DNA of 64,000 bases from Felis catus (Eukaryota): NCBI RefSeq assembly GCF_018350175.1, contig NC_058383.1, positions 9,674,001-9,738,000 of the forward strand. Direction: 5' to 3'. The position numbers and the translations under genes are program-made. Numbering within the stretch: the stretch's first letter is position 1; each line of letters starts with the position of its first letter. Below the pieces are notes generated by a model, which was given only the letters and a program-made list of their open reading frames with translations, was not told the DNA's origin and made no database searches. Shown here piece by piece: positions 11,641 to 24,413 of the stretch.

Positions 11641-13749
11641 AAACCAGCCCCGGATTGTGCTTGATTGTCACCCTGGAGTCACAGCCTAGCCCCCTCAGCT
11701 CTCTTTCTCCCCCTGACAGTTGGGTCCCCAAAGTGCTAACCTCACCCCACTTCTCTTTCACCTTCTGTCCACTTCCTCTGTGCTCAGCTCCTCTGATAGT
11801 TTCTTTTCTTACTTCCTGTGACGCCACCTCCTGAGTTCTTGGCCTGTGTGACCACTTCCCATTGGACGTTTGTCCCTACATAAACCACACATGCTCCAGA
11901 CTCAACTTTGGGCCTCCCCGGCCTCTGAATGCCAGTGTCTGGTCCTCGCTGGTGCCCTTCAGCTCCCTGGCATCCACTGTGAGTCCTCCCTTTCCTGTTT
12001 CCTCACAGCCACACTGTGTTCTGTGATGTTTCTCTTGTCCACTGCTCTGCTCTGCACTGTTCCTGCCCTTAGTACCTCTTGCCAGTGTGGGTGTAATCCC
12101 CTCCTTTCTGCTTCCCAAACAGCCTGGGGCCAGACGGGTTGTCTCTAAAGCCCAACACTGGCTTCTGTAACCCCTTTTTTCAAGAACCTTTGCTGGGTCC
12201 CAAGAAGCCCTGCGTGACGGGGCACCTAAGGGTCCCCGGTGCCTCTCTCTTCCGGGCCTTAGCACCGCATCCCTCCACTAGACCGCCACTGCAGTCTCCT
12301 CCAGCCAGATCAGGTATTCCAGCAAGCAGGGGCCCGTAGCTACCGTCTGTCTGTCCCATTCACCCAGGTCACACTGTGGCTTCTCTCCCAGACTGTAAGC
12401 TCTTGGGGGCAGGGTCTGGCTCTCCGTGCTGAGCGAGCCCTTGCAGGAGGCAGGCGCTGGGCCTGTTTGCCAAATGTGTGGATGTAAAACAGTTGGAGGA
12501 TCTACTGGGAGCCTGGGTGCTACAGGCAGGCCTCTGCTTGCAGAGTACTTTCCCTTTGCACATTTTGGAGACTCTCCCTCTGTCTCCTTTGATTTCTCCA
12601 ATGATTAACTCTTACTAAGTGACTGCCCTGTGTGCCAGGCTGGTGCGCCCAGGGTATCCATTTAGGAGAGAGCCTGCAGAGTCTAGAGATGGGATTAGGG
12701 CTCACGGTCGACGATTGGGATTTCCGTTAAGTTCCGAACACTTTACAAACATTCCCAGGACACGGGCTTGGACTTCCCAAGGTTTCTTTCTGCTTCGGGT
12801 GGGGCCATTCTGAGCTAGAAGGTATCACAGGGAAGGGAGAGAAACTGGCCTAGTGTGTCCCAGGCACCTGGACACGGCTGATGGCAGTGGCCTGCGTACT
12901 GCTGCTGGAGTAAGGGATGTGCAGACGAGTGCGGAGTAATGTGAGAGTGCTCCCTGGGGAGTGAGCAAATCTGGCTCTGCTACTGAATTTCTCCGCTCAA
13001 ACTGGGGAGGCCGGGCAAGATTTCCAGCTCTCAACCATTTGGGCTAATAAAAATCCTGTAAGCGGGTTTCCACCCTGAGGAATAGGGACCCGCGCTTGAT
13101 CGGAGCTCTAGGCTGCTCCCTTGAAAAGCTTCCGCGTCCCCCCTGTATGTAGACTGGGGCGCATGAAAGGATGGGGCTGAAACTTGCTTAGAATGGGATG
13201 AGGAGCACCCACGTGGCCGGAGAGCTGAGTCCCCGCCCCACTTGGGCACTGAAAGGGCTCCTTGCCTGGCATGTCAGCAAGGCACCGAGGAGGACTGTTC
13301 TACACCCCCTGTCCACCAGCCCACTCACTCCACCACTTGGGACAAAGTACGGAGCAGACCCGGGTGGGGGGTGGCGGGGCGGTGGGCCAGCGGCCAGTGC
13401 TTCTCTCGCATCCAGAGGGTTGATGGCCTGGAGAGGTGCCCACCTAGGAAAGGGAGCTTGTCAGCCCCACCTCCTGGCAGGGTGGGGGCTGCTTCCTGTT
13501 TTCCTGCCCGGGCAGGCGGGGAGGAGCCCTGTTCCTGGCTCGTGGGCAGTCCAGTCTGACACAGTGCGGGCAGAGGGACGGGGATTGAAGGTGTCCTCTG
13601 GCTGAGACGGTGGAAGGGAGAATGGGGATTTTCTTGGATCTGAAAGGTTGCTGCCGCTGCCTCTATTAGCGCTACAAGACAGCTCTCGGGAAGCTGGTTG
13701 GGGCCGTTCAGGAAGCCCGTGTGGCCGATTGCTTCTGATTTTAACTGAT

Positions 13750-13940
13750 AGGCAGTTTATAAAGCACATTTGCACATAACCTCCCTTCAGCCGCAGAACA
13801 GCCGTGTGACAAATAGTGGGCCGTTCTCAAGTGTGGTCACTGAGGCTCAGAGAGCTCAAGTGACTTGCCCGAGAGCACTCAGGAAATGGGCTCGCAGACG
13901 CTTGAACCTGGTGGGTCTTATCTCAAATTGTGTTCTTTCT
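13750..13940 (-). mobile_element. MIR
   Basis: actgaggctcagagagctcaagtgacttgccc core. Confidence 0.65.
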
Positions 13941-14074
13941 AGATCTCCCTTTAAAGCTGAAGCCTGGTCTGGGGCTGGTAACTTAGAAAAATGACAGATT
14001 TTTTTTTTTCTCTAAGTCTTTTCCAATTGATTTATTTGGACTTCTGAAATTCCTCCCAGAAGATTTTTGCAACA

Positions 14075-15380
14075 CGCATAACTATCAGAGGGCCTGTTTC
14101 CAGAATGTGTAAAAAAAAAAAAAAAAAAAAAATCTGAAAAGAGATCAAAGGACCACCTAAATGAAAAATAGTCAGGAAGAACTTCACAAAAGAGAATGAA
14201 TAAATGGCCGATAAACATATGAAAACGTGCAACCTCATTAGTAATCAAGGAAATGCAAATTAAAATTGCAACGAGGGGCACCTGGGTGGTTCAGTCGGTT
14301 AAGCATCCATCCTACTTCTGCTCAGGTCATGATCTCACAGTTCATGAGTTTGAGCCCTGCGTCGGGCTCTGTGCTGACAGCTCAGAACTCGGAGCCTGTT
14401 TCGGATTCTGTGTCTCCCTCTCTCTCTGCCCCTTCCCCACTTGCACTCTGTCTCTCTCCGTCTCTCAAAAATAAATAAATGTTAAAAAAAAATTTTTTTA
14501 ATTGCAATGAGTACTATGGGTACAATGAGTACCCATAAAAAAATTCAAAAATTTTTTAATTGCAATGAGATACCACTATGTACCCATCAACATGGCTGAA
14601 GTAAAAATGGAAAAAAAAAAGAAACACTGACGGTGTCGAGCATTGGCAAGGGTGCAGAGCAATGGAAACGCTCGTGCATTGCTGACGGGGCTGCATGTTC
14701 GTGCAACCGTGTTGGGTAGCAGCCTGGTGTTATCCTAAAATTAAGGATGTACAGACTCAAGAGGCCAGCACTTTTCCTGTTAGCTGTATACCCAACAGCA
14801 GTGCACACACGTGCCCCAAAAGATCTCTGGAAGCATATTCATAACCACCTTTTACACCAGCTCCAGACTGGAAATAATCCAAAAGTCCTTAACAGTCGAT
14901 GGATCACTGACTGAATCGTGATGTGGTCTCTCCTCGGGATACTGCACAACACGGAGAATGAAGAAGCTGGAGTTACGTTCAACAACGTGGATGAATCTTA
15001 CACACAGAATGGTGAATGGAAAAAAAAAAAAAAAAAAGGCAGAGCCAAAAGGACACCTTCTGTATGCTTCCATTTGTATCAAGTTCACAAAACAGGCAAC
15101 GCTAAACTGGTATTAAGTCTGCTGCTTCGATGGTAAAGCAGTAAAGAAATAAGGGGAAATAGGGGGACGGACGATCACCATAAAAGGCCGGATAAATATT
15201 GTCCTTGGATGCAAGGGAGGTTAGTGATTGGGAAGATGTACAAGGAGAGTGTCTGAGGTCCTGCCATCAATCTGTTGATTGGTCTGTGTAGTAGTTTATG
15301 ATAATTTATTAAGCTGTACATTTTATTTTGTGCAGTTTTTCTCTATGTTATATTTCAAAATACAGAAAGTTAAAAAAAAA
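14075..15380 (+). mobile_element. Old L1 3' region, interrupted by a SINE
   Basis: ggaaatgcaaattaaaa..., gagcaatggaaacgctc, tgtatgcttccattt, ends atatttcaaaatacagaaagttaaaaaaaa. Confidence 0.8.
14275..14499 (+). mobile_element. Can-SINE (SINEC)
   Basis: Full consensus; TSD aattgcaa(c/t)gag. Confidence 0.95.
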
Positions 15381-15492
15381 CTCCTTCCAGGGAGTAAGAG
15401 ACAGTGTCTTGAGGAGACCAAGAACTTCTCACTTACATGTCCACTTACCATTTGAGGTCTCCCCCAAATACAGCTTCCCCTGTGAAAACCCT

Positions 15493-15904
15493 TTTTTTTA
15501 ATTTTTTAATGTTTATTTATTAGAGACAGAGACAGAGACAGATCATGGGCATGGGAGGGGCAGAGAGAGAGGGAGACGCAGAATCTGAAGCAGGCTCCAG
15601 GCTCTGAGCTGTCGGCACAGAGCCCGACACAGGGCTCGAACCCACCAACATGACCTGAGCTGAAGTTGGACGCTTAACCGACCGAGCCACCCAGGCACCC
15701 CAAACCCTTCTTTTTTTTTTTTTAATGTTTATTTATTTATTTTGAGAGAGAGAGAGCATGAGCAGGGGAGTGGCAGAGAGAGAACCCAAAGCAGCCTGTG
15801 CTCTTAGTGCAGAGCACGGGGCTCGATCCCACAAACCACAAGATCATGACCTGAGCCGAAAATAGGAGTCAGGTGCTTAACCGACTCAACCACCCAGGCG
15901 CCCC
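15493..15904 (-). mobile_element. Two tandem Can-SINEs (15493-15701 and 15711-15904)
   Basis: Two antisense copies; outer TSD ttccc(c)tgtgaaaa(c/g)cctt. Confidence 0.93.
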
Positions 15905-16289
15905 TTCCCTGTGAAAAGCCTTCTGATGCAGCTTTTGACTGAAGACACACAAATATCCAAGCATCATGTTCCACGCCCCGCTGTAACAGGTAGTTGTGAA
16001 GTTGAGACTTATCATTAGACCACACTGAGCGTGTTGCCCTCGGCTTCCATTCATTTGTGTCTTGTGTCTGCAGCGGCAGACGGGCCCTCAGGTCCTCCTT
16101 CGTCTTTCAGTGAGTCACTCCATGTCTCGCAGAGGGAATTACACACTGGCTAAGGCTCGGGAGGTCCGTGAAGTACAAAATAAATCAGGTGATGAAAAGT
16201 TCTCAAGGGAGAGAATGAGAGAAGAAAGTGTGGTCTAGGCTCAAAAGAAGCATATTTGAATAAAAGCAAAGATCTGGAGTGGGGGGGGG

Positions 16290-16515
16290 GGGGCACCTGG
16301 GTGGCTCAGTTGCCTAAGCGTCTGACTTCGGTTCAGGTCATGATCTCATGGTTCGTGAGTTCAAGACGCGCATTGGGCTCTCTGCTGTCAGAGTGGAGCC
16401 CATTTCAGATTTTCTGTCCCTCCCACCCCGCGGCCTCTCTGCCTCTCTCCGGCTTGTTCTCTCTCAAAATAAATAAACTTTAAAAAATAACAGTAAAATT
16501 AGTTAAAAAAAAAAA
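16290..16515 (+). mobile_element. Can-SINE (SINEC)
   Basis: Consensus head after a poly-G run; TSD aaagatctgg. Confidence 0.92.
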
Positions 16516-16758
16516 AAAAGATCTGGGTGGCGGACTTGTGGAAGACATGACCCCACGCTTGGCTTGTGCTCCACAGATGTAGATCGAGTCTTGCTTGACC
16601 AGCAATGTCAAGTGTGAGAACCTGGGAGCTTGGGGGATGTCTTGAGGGAACATGGCCGAAACGCTGACCTTCTAACAGTGGTTCTGTGAGGTCCCTGTCC
16701 TGCTGCATGGTCCCTGGGGCCAACCCACAATGACAGTTCTTAGTTTAGACAGTTGTTG

Positions 16759-16803
16759 GTGTGTGTGTGTGTGTGTGTGTATGTGTGTGTGTGTGTGTGT
16801 GTG
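16759..16803. repeat. (TG)n microsatellite
   Basis: About 22 units with one TA interruption. Confidence 0.95.
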
Positions 16804-17844
16804 ATTACGTCTTACTGCCTGTCATGTGGCCCTTCTGCCATATTAATCTGGAAACTAATGCTTTCTCTGGTTTTTCTTGGGTCCGTCTTGACCAATGCTA
16901 TATTCTTCCTTCCCATTTTCCATGATCCTTCAGAAGGAGATTGACAGGCATGAGCTGTGTGGTTTTGCCTCTGAGCAAGATGCAGGGCAACTTTCCTTGA
17001 AGTAACAGGTCAGCCCAGGACTCTACCTCTCCGGGCCTGGCACCTGGTAGGCTTGCCAAGACTCTGTGTTGAGAACCTTATTCATCTTTGAAGCCTCAGG
17101 CTCCTGACACAGCATCTGGCCCCGAGTGACTCTTGATAAGGGTCCATAGAATGAAGGATGAAATATTTTGAATGAAGCCCTGATGAGTGTCAGCCATTTT
17201 TGGTCCCAGTTCTGAACTGTGAACCCTAAGAAGTACACCCTGACTCTGGGTTCACGGGAGCACGACTGGAGCCAGCAAGAGCCGGGGCCCCTGAAGTGAC
17301 CAGCTGTCTGACGTAACTCTGGGTGGTTCTCAGGGACTTCCTCTTGAACGTCAGCTCCCTGACTCATGCTTGGAAGTGACTTGAGGTGCCCTGTTTTCTT
17401 GAGATTCTTACTGCAGGAAGGGACCTCCCTGTACAGCCTTAAGCCCATTACTGCCGATAAAAAACAAAACTACCCCAACACACCTAGACCCGAACTTTGT
17501 CTCCTGCCACAGACTGGCTCGCGGTCCTTTGTTCTCAGTTCTAGAGAATCCCAGTTTATAAACCATCCCTGACCCTTGAAGCTGAAATTCTCACGGCCAT
17601 TTTGACCTCCCCGCATTCTGCGCCCCTGCGGCTAGGCGTGGAGACCAGTTGTGTCTTCTTGACTCCTTGATTGTTGTCCATATCGCTTCTGCTTTGCCAC
17701 CCGCTGCTTCTGCCTTAGCTCAGGCCTTTTTCTGGAGCTTGGGCTACGTCTTTCTTGCACAGCCCAGCTGGCCTTCCTGCCATCCAGCGTCGCCCCGCGT
17801 GGGATCTGCCCTCCCTTTGGCTGTCTTAACGAGTTCTGTTTTAA

Positions 17845-18055
17845 TTTTTTTTTTCAACGTTTATTTATTTTTGGGACAGAGAGAGACAGAGCATGAACGG
17901 GGGAGGGGCAGAGAGAGGGAGACACAGAATCGGAAACAGGCTCCAGGCTCTGAGCCATCAGCCCAGAGCCTGACGCGGGGCTCGAACTCACGGACCGCGA
18001 GATCGTGACCTGGCTGAAGTCGGACGCTTAACCGACTGCGCCACCCAGGCGCCCC
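17845..18055 (-). mobile_element. Young cat SINE (SINEC_Fc type)
   Basis: CpG-intact copy; TSD AACGAGTTCTGTTTT(AA) at 17828-17844 and 18056-18072, i.e. TT/AAAA L1 endonuclease site on the minus strand. Confidence 0.97.
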
Positions 18056-18103
18056 AACGAGTTCTGTTTTAAAAGGCATACCTGCTTGTATCACTCCATG
18101 TTT

Positions 18104-18305
18104 TAATTTTTTTTTTAATATTTATTTATTTTGGGGAGAGCGTAAGCCGGGGAGGGGCAGAGCGAGGGGGACAGAGGATCCAAAATGGGCTCTGCACAGA
18201 CAGGCTGACAGCAGCAAGTCCAGCGTGGGGCTCAAACTCACAAACCGCGAGATCATGCCCTGAGCCAAAGTCGAACACTCAACTGACTAAGCCACCCAGC
18301 GCCCC
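18104..18305 (-). mobile_element. Can-SINE (SINEC)
   Basis: Antisense consensus; TSD actcca(t/c)gtttt. Confidence 0.92.
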
Positions 18306-19050
18306 TATAACTCCACGTTTTAAAAGCCTCTTTGTCACTCTAAGCTGAAACTCAAGCATATGGGCATTGCTCAGAGCCAAACTTTGCGCCCCACACCCCC
18401 TCCCCCCCAGCCCTACTCTATCCCAGCAGCCCACTGCTTCACGCCTCTGTGTGTCTCCAGGTGGCACACCATTCTTTTTGGCCTAGAATGCCACTCCCAC
18501 TTTTTCCACTTGGCTAAATTCCTCATTCTTGAAGTCCCACGTCCGATGGCCCCCTCTCTGGGAAGTTCCTCCACCACTCTTCTGGGCACATCTACTTGAT
18601 GGTATTTCTGCGTGTTTCTGTGTCAACGCGTTGATCTGGATGACTGTCCATGACGGACTGTGAGTTTCCCTGTAGCTTAGCCTTCTTTGTAGCCCCCACC
18701 CCAAGCATGATGCTCAGGGCCCCGCAGGCCCTCAACAAATGTTTGCTGAGTGAACTCATAATGTGTATTGAGGACCTGACTGTATTTGATTGTTGCTCTA
18801 ACCGAAAATGGAATAGGGCCCAGATCCCATTCCAAGGCAGGTGCCCCATGCTGGGGTGAATGTACGTGGTCTCTGTCACATTGGACTGAAGCTGTAGGTT
18901 TGGCTACGGTGGTAGGGAGAGGAGAGCCTGTTTTAGGAGCGGAGGATTCAGTGGGAGGGACGCTTTCCAGAAAGAGGCTTGTGCATGCAAGAGTCGGTGT
19001 GCTGGGAGCCAGTATTCCCAAAGTGTGTCCCACAGGTGGGATGACAAGGA

Positions 19051-19316
19051 TGTGGTAGGCAACACAATATACGCCCCCCTCCCACCACATTCACATGGCG
19101 AAAAGGGCCTTTGCAGATGTAATTAAGGACCTTAAGATAGGGAGGGTAATCTGAACTTTTCCCAGTAAGGAACACAGCTGCACCAGCACCTTGAATTTAG
19201 CCCAGTGAAACCGAGTTAGCCTTCTGACCCGCAGGACCGAGAGCTGATAAACGGGCGTTGTTTTAAGCTTCTAAATTGGTGGTAATTTGTTACTTTGGCG
19301 ATAAGAAGCCGATACG
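19051..19316 (+). mobile_element. MLT1 (ERVL-MaLR) solo LTR, internally deleted
   Basis: tgtggtaggca start, ctttgcagatgtaattaagg, ttagcccagtgaaacc, gttgttttaagc...tggtaatttgttac. Confidence 0.8.
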
Positions 19317-19880
19317 GGATGATAACAGGTAACTCACGCTCTGGGACAACAAACCTCATGGAGCCCTTGCCTCGCTGCACAGACAGGCCACCCTTTTTAA
19401 ACCCGGAGGGACACTTGTTATTTCATCTGTGCTTATTGTGGCCATAGATAAAACATTGCATTTCCACACTTGGTGCCTATTCACAGAAATCTTATCCTGG
19501 GAAAACAATTCAGCAGCCGTTCAAACATTCTTTCCTGCTGCGCCGTGGGGTCCTTTGGTGCAATTCCAAGTGTGAGGGTCACAGATATAATTTACTTAAC
19601 CTTACTTTTTTCTTTTTCTTGATCAAGCCCTGTGCTGTCTATTAAAAAAGGCGGGTGAGAAATGCCTTTGTTTTCTCTACGATCATGATGGCGTCTTTGC
19701 TCGAAAGAGAGCTGACTTGTGGTCAGGAATCAGAGGTGGTGATAAATGCACAGCTTCCCTCGGGGTGGCCCTGCAGTGTGCTGGTCCTTCTTCAGGGTCA
19801 CCAGGGTGGTCTGGAGTGTGCCTGGGTAGTCCTGGCAGCCAGGAGCTCCCTTAGCACTGAATTAAGAATTGGGAACCCTC

Positions 19881-20203
19881 AGGGCACCTGGCTGGCTCAG
19901 TCGGCAGAGCATGAACGCTTGATCTCTGGGTTGTGAGTTCGAGCCCCATGTTGGGTATAGAGATTGCTTAAAAATAAAATCTTTAAAAAAAGGGGGGGGT
20001 GCCTGGGTGGCTGAGTCGGTGAAATGTCCGACTCTTGATTTCAGCTCAGGTCATGATCTCATAGTTTGTGAGTTCGAGCTCTGTGTGGGGCATCTGTGCT
20101 GATAGTGCGGAGCCTGCTTGGGATTCTCTCTCCCTCCCTCTGTCTCTGCCCACATTCACTTTCTGTCTCTCTCTTTCTCAAAATAAATCAACTTAAAAAA
20201 AGA
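19881..20203 (+). mobile_element. Short Can-SINE (19881-19990) followed by full Can-SINE (19996-20203)
   Basis: Two tRNA-like heads; shared degenerate flank aagaat(tg/ca)ggaa. Confidence 0.9.
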
Positions 20204-21069
20204 AAAGAATCAGGAAGTCTTGCTTCTCCTGGCTGTGGTTCCCCCTGCTCCATCGTGGTCCCTACCTCCTACATACAGGTCTTCAGTCACAGTCGTGAAA
20301 TGAGGGGGATTGGCTGAGATCACCCCGAAGGTTGAGAGACTTGGTGGTTCTGTGAAAGCACAGTTATTGACTGAAGCAGCAGCCCTGTGAGAGTTGACTG
20401 TCTTTTGACAACACCTGGCCCTTGTTATTCCAGTTTTGCTGTCCCGTTTCTCAGCTTCGAACACGGAATTCTGTTTGGCTTTCCTTCTCTGTGAGACCTT
20501 CCTCTGTAGCCCTGGCTGCACTTAACTTCTATGGGTAACTTCTTCTGCATTGGTCAGAGAGGGTCTTGTGCCTCCCCGCCCACCAAGAACTGGCCTTCCA
20601 AAGTCACTCACACAGAAAAATTACCTAGCGAGAAGTCTTTTGCAGTTGGTCACTTCTGCCCAAGCACGATCTTCTGTAGGACCACCAGGTACATCTGCAT
20701 AGTCTGAGCACTGCAAAACTCCAGGAGCAACTTCTGATCTTGGGCTTCCCGGGGTTAGTCCGTTAGGCCAAGGTGGTAGCACATGACAAAAATGATTTTC
20801 CAGAAAAGCTCTTTGACGCTGACTCAAAGGCCACGCAGGGTGTCCAAAAGGGTGCCATTTTGTCTTCTGCCAGCCTGCTTCACGCGTTGACCTTCCCTCC
20901 CTGGTGCCTCCCATTTTCTGAGGTGTGGCCTCTGATCCAGTCCAGTTTCCCAGAGGAAAGTGAGGATTAGAAAAGAAACTTCAACTTGCCTAGGGTCCAT
21001 TCTGCAAATCCTTGCCCAGATTTGAGGCAGACCCAGCCTTGTGTCTGGGTCCAGGTCGTGCCCCAAGAC

Positions 21070-21320
21070 TCTGTAAAGGTTAGGAGCATGGGCTTTAGGT
21101 CCGGCGGGTCACCTGCCATGGGTTCCAGGCAGGCTGCTTTACAGAGACGCTGGTGGGCATAGCTTGATCTGACTCAGTTAAGCAGAGAGCCATGGGAATA
21201 GCATCTACAGTAATGAAAATACCTACCTCATAGGCGGTTGAAAGCATTAAATGACATAATGCAAAGAAAACGCTCAGTGCATTGCCATCCATATAGCGAG
21301 CACTCAGATGTATCAGCTCG
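21070..21320 (+). mobile_element. MIR
   Basis: acctacctcataggcggttgaaagcattaaatgacataatgca 3' MIR motif. Confidence 0.7.
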
Positions 21321-21321
21321 T

Positions 21322-21532
21322 GGGGTGCTTGGGTGGCTCAGTCAGTTAAGCGTCTGACTTCGGCTCAGGTCATGACCTCGTGGTTCGTGAGTTCAAGCCC
21401 CTCATCAGGCTCTGTGCTGACTGTGCAGAGGCTGCTTGGAATTCTGTCTCCCTCTCCCTCTCTGTCCCTCCCCTGCTTATGCTTCCTCTCTCTCTCTCTC
21501 AAAATAAACAAATAAACTTAAAAAAAAAAAAA
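21322..21532 (+). mobile_element. Can-SINE (SINEC)
   Basis: Full consensus; TSD core tatcagct. Confidence 0.93.
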
Positions 21533-23343
21533 AGAAATATCAGCTGATATTATGATTCTCTTACTAGTACTTAAGCACATCTAAATTTGGGGGCCTAGTG
21601 CACTACTGGGCACGGGGTAGGCTCATGGCTGTGAGATAAGTAAATGAATGGATCTTGGCTTCCTTGTTGGTCTGCTGCCCGAGGACGCCTGAGTTGAGGG
21701 TCACCTAGATGAGGAAATCCCACATTTTCAAGGGTGGGCACAGAACCACAGGAAGAGTTACCAGGAGATCTCAGGAGACGATTGCCTGGACCATGACCCC
21801 CCACACACTGGCCCGCCTTTGCACCGGACCTGGGGAGGGATGGCGTGCTTGGAGGAATCTGTCTTTCTGGTCCTAAGTCCCAGGGCTGGCTCAAATGCCG
21901 GCTAAGATGACAGAGGGCATGCAGAAGGAATTGTCTAGTCTGGAAAGACAAAGGCCGAAGCGAAGGCACAGACAGGAGGGCAGAACACTGGGGTCTGGGT
22001 CGCGGCTCTGCCTGTGACCAGTTGTGTGATTTTATTTCCGTTGAAGGTCTGCATGTACACAGTTTCAAGGGTCAGATAGCAACTCAGACTTGTCACCACA
22101 ATCCAGGAATGTCCTGGTCCAGCACTTTGCTCCTCCCCAACTATGTCCTGCTTCCCAGAAGCACACCACTTTTAATTCTTGAAACTGCTTTCGTTATAGC
22201 CATTATTGTGAACCTCATTATAGCCATTATTGTGAACCTGCCATTCTGGAAGTTAAAGATCTAGCTTTCATCTGCATATATGCTCCCCCCATCCCCAGGA
22301 CACTTTTCCTCCTCTGTGCCGCTAGAGTTGTAACTCTCTATTCAGTGTCAACTTTATCACGACCCTGGAAATGCCAGGAGCAGCTGAGTATACGTGGTGT
22401 CTTGTCCTTTCCTGCCTAAGTTTTTGTTATTCCCAGACTAATGAATTGTTTTCATTTGCTTGCTTGGGGTTCTGTGTGCTTACCACTGATTCATCCACAG
22501 CTCTCCCTTAATATGCAAATCTCCACTTACTCATTATGGTGGGGGTTGCCTCGGTTTCCCCATCCTAGGTCAAGTGAGAAGGCGAATGAGCAGGAGGTTG
22601 GAGGGAAGTCAGCAATCGTGAAGGTGACATCAACCAGTGATGATTGTTGCTGTCTGGAACTTTCTTCCCAAACCTCTAACTGGAAAAGTAATTATAGGGC
22701 AAGTGAAGGGGTGCCTCCCTGTGCACAGTGGGGATTAAGGCCCACCTAACTCAAGAGGCAAAGTCGGCTAAACCGTATAGGGCCGTAAGGAGTCTGGATC
22801 AACTCACAGATGACTTAGCCGTGACCTTTTAGGAAGGAAAGTCTGAGCAATTAAGGGTATCCTTATGTCATAGGGAAAGACCTGGACCTCACAGACCCCT
22901 TTGGGGGCCTCCTTGGAAGCAGAACTTGGGGCTGATTGGACAAGACTGATCTGATGACACTAATGATATTTTTATGGAAAGAAAAAGTTTCCTCTAATGC
23001 CTTAGAAAAACAGTAACTGTCATAGCGATGATGGTGACTGGTGACGATGATGGTGACTGGTGACGGTGTGGCCATCTCCTTCACACCCTGCTCAGGGGAC
23101 GGCTCAGAGCCTGGGGTTTCTTTCTATTTATTCTCCGTGCCATTGAACGTATTCAGAATGTCTTTTCTCATGGGAAATGGGAAATAAAACCCATTGGTAG
23201 GAGAGAGTCTTAAATGCCTGGGGTAAATTCCCAGCTACTATTCTGCCTTAGGCCTCAGAGTGAGGGGCAGGCTGGGTAATGAGTGGCCCTGAGACCCTCC
23301 CAGCCTCTGCCTCCTCATTTGCAAATGACTTTATGTAATAGTA

Positions 23344-23603
23344 CAGGCCCACAATCCCTTGTCTGCAGTTCTGAGATCCCGAAGGTCTGGAAGACTACAG
23401 GTTTATTTCAGAGTGTGGTACCCGACCTGTACTTGTCTGGGCCTGTTTGTAGACTTTGTTATGTGCCCGTCTTAGAATGGAAGGTCCTACGATAGGCTGC
23501 AAAGATGACCGTGTTTGATCAGAGGGTGTTGCCCAAACCCTGAAGTTCTAACTCCCCAGACACACATGACCCCAGAAGTTTGGGATAAGGGATCAGGCCC
23601 CTG
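23344..23603. mobile_element. Tigger-like MITE inserted into a MIR
   Basis: TA then caggcccacaatcccttgtc; imperfect inverted end gataagggatcaggcccctg; MIR-like text on both sides. Confidence 0.55.
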
Positions 23604-23859
23604 CAGCACCAACTCCACTGTGTTGTGGCAAGGTTTTGAGCAAGATACTTTAGGGATGAAACATGAAGCCTTATGCCCGGCAAATAGTAGGCGCTCAATA
23701 AATGTTAGCTGTTAGGAGTCATCGGTTTTAGAATCCTATCTGTAAGACAAGGAATAATTAGGTTAACCATTCAAGTCCAATTTCTTCCGATCAGTCAAGG
23801 TCATATGAATGAGTTTAAATTGGAAAGAAGTGAAATGGCAGCTTGGCGTGTCCTAGAAA

Positions 23860-24030
23860 GAACTGGGTGCAAATCCTGTCTCTGCTGCTTATCACCCCAG
23901 TGACCTCGGGCAAATGCCTTAATTTCTTTGCCTCAATATTCCCATCTGTGTAACGGGGATAATAATACCTGTCTCATGGGGCTGCCTTGAGTATCCAGAG
24001 AAACCCAAGAAACCGGTGTGTGAAAATGAA
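23860..24030 (+). mobile_element. MIR
   Basis: gtgacctcgggcaaatgccttaatttctttgcctcaatattcccatctgtg core. Confidence 0.8.
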
Positions 24031-24049
24031 TGGCTCCTGACAGATACGC

Positions 24050-24354
24050 TGAACTGGGCACATCACCCGAGTGGTTTTCTTGCCAAAAGTGCGTAGCCCC
24101 AATCTTATCATGAGAAACATCAGACAAAGCCAGTGAGGGATGTTCTACAAAATAACGGACTAGCAGTTCTTCAAAAAAGTCAAGGTCTTGGGACGCCTGG
24201 GTGGCTCAGTTGATTAAGCGACCGACTTCAGCTCAGGTCACGATCTCGTGGTTCATGGGTTCAAGCCCCACGTCAGGCTCGGTGCTGACAGCTTGGAGCC
24301 CGGAGCCTGCTTCGGATTTTGTGTCTCCCTCTCTCTGCCCCTCCCCCAGTCGTG

Positions 24355-24413
<59 letters not shown>

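Noticed and set aside
19883..19956. tRNA-Lys(CTT)-like sequence (similar ones at 317-408 and 29870-29994)
   Set aside because: Damaged anticodon arm, SINE-type GGGCACC start and A-rich tail; short Can-SINE, not a tRNA gene.
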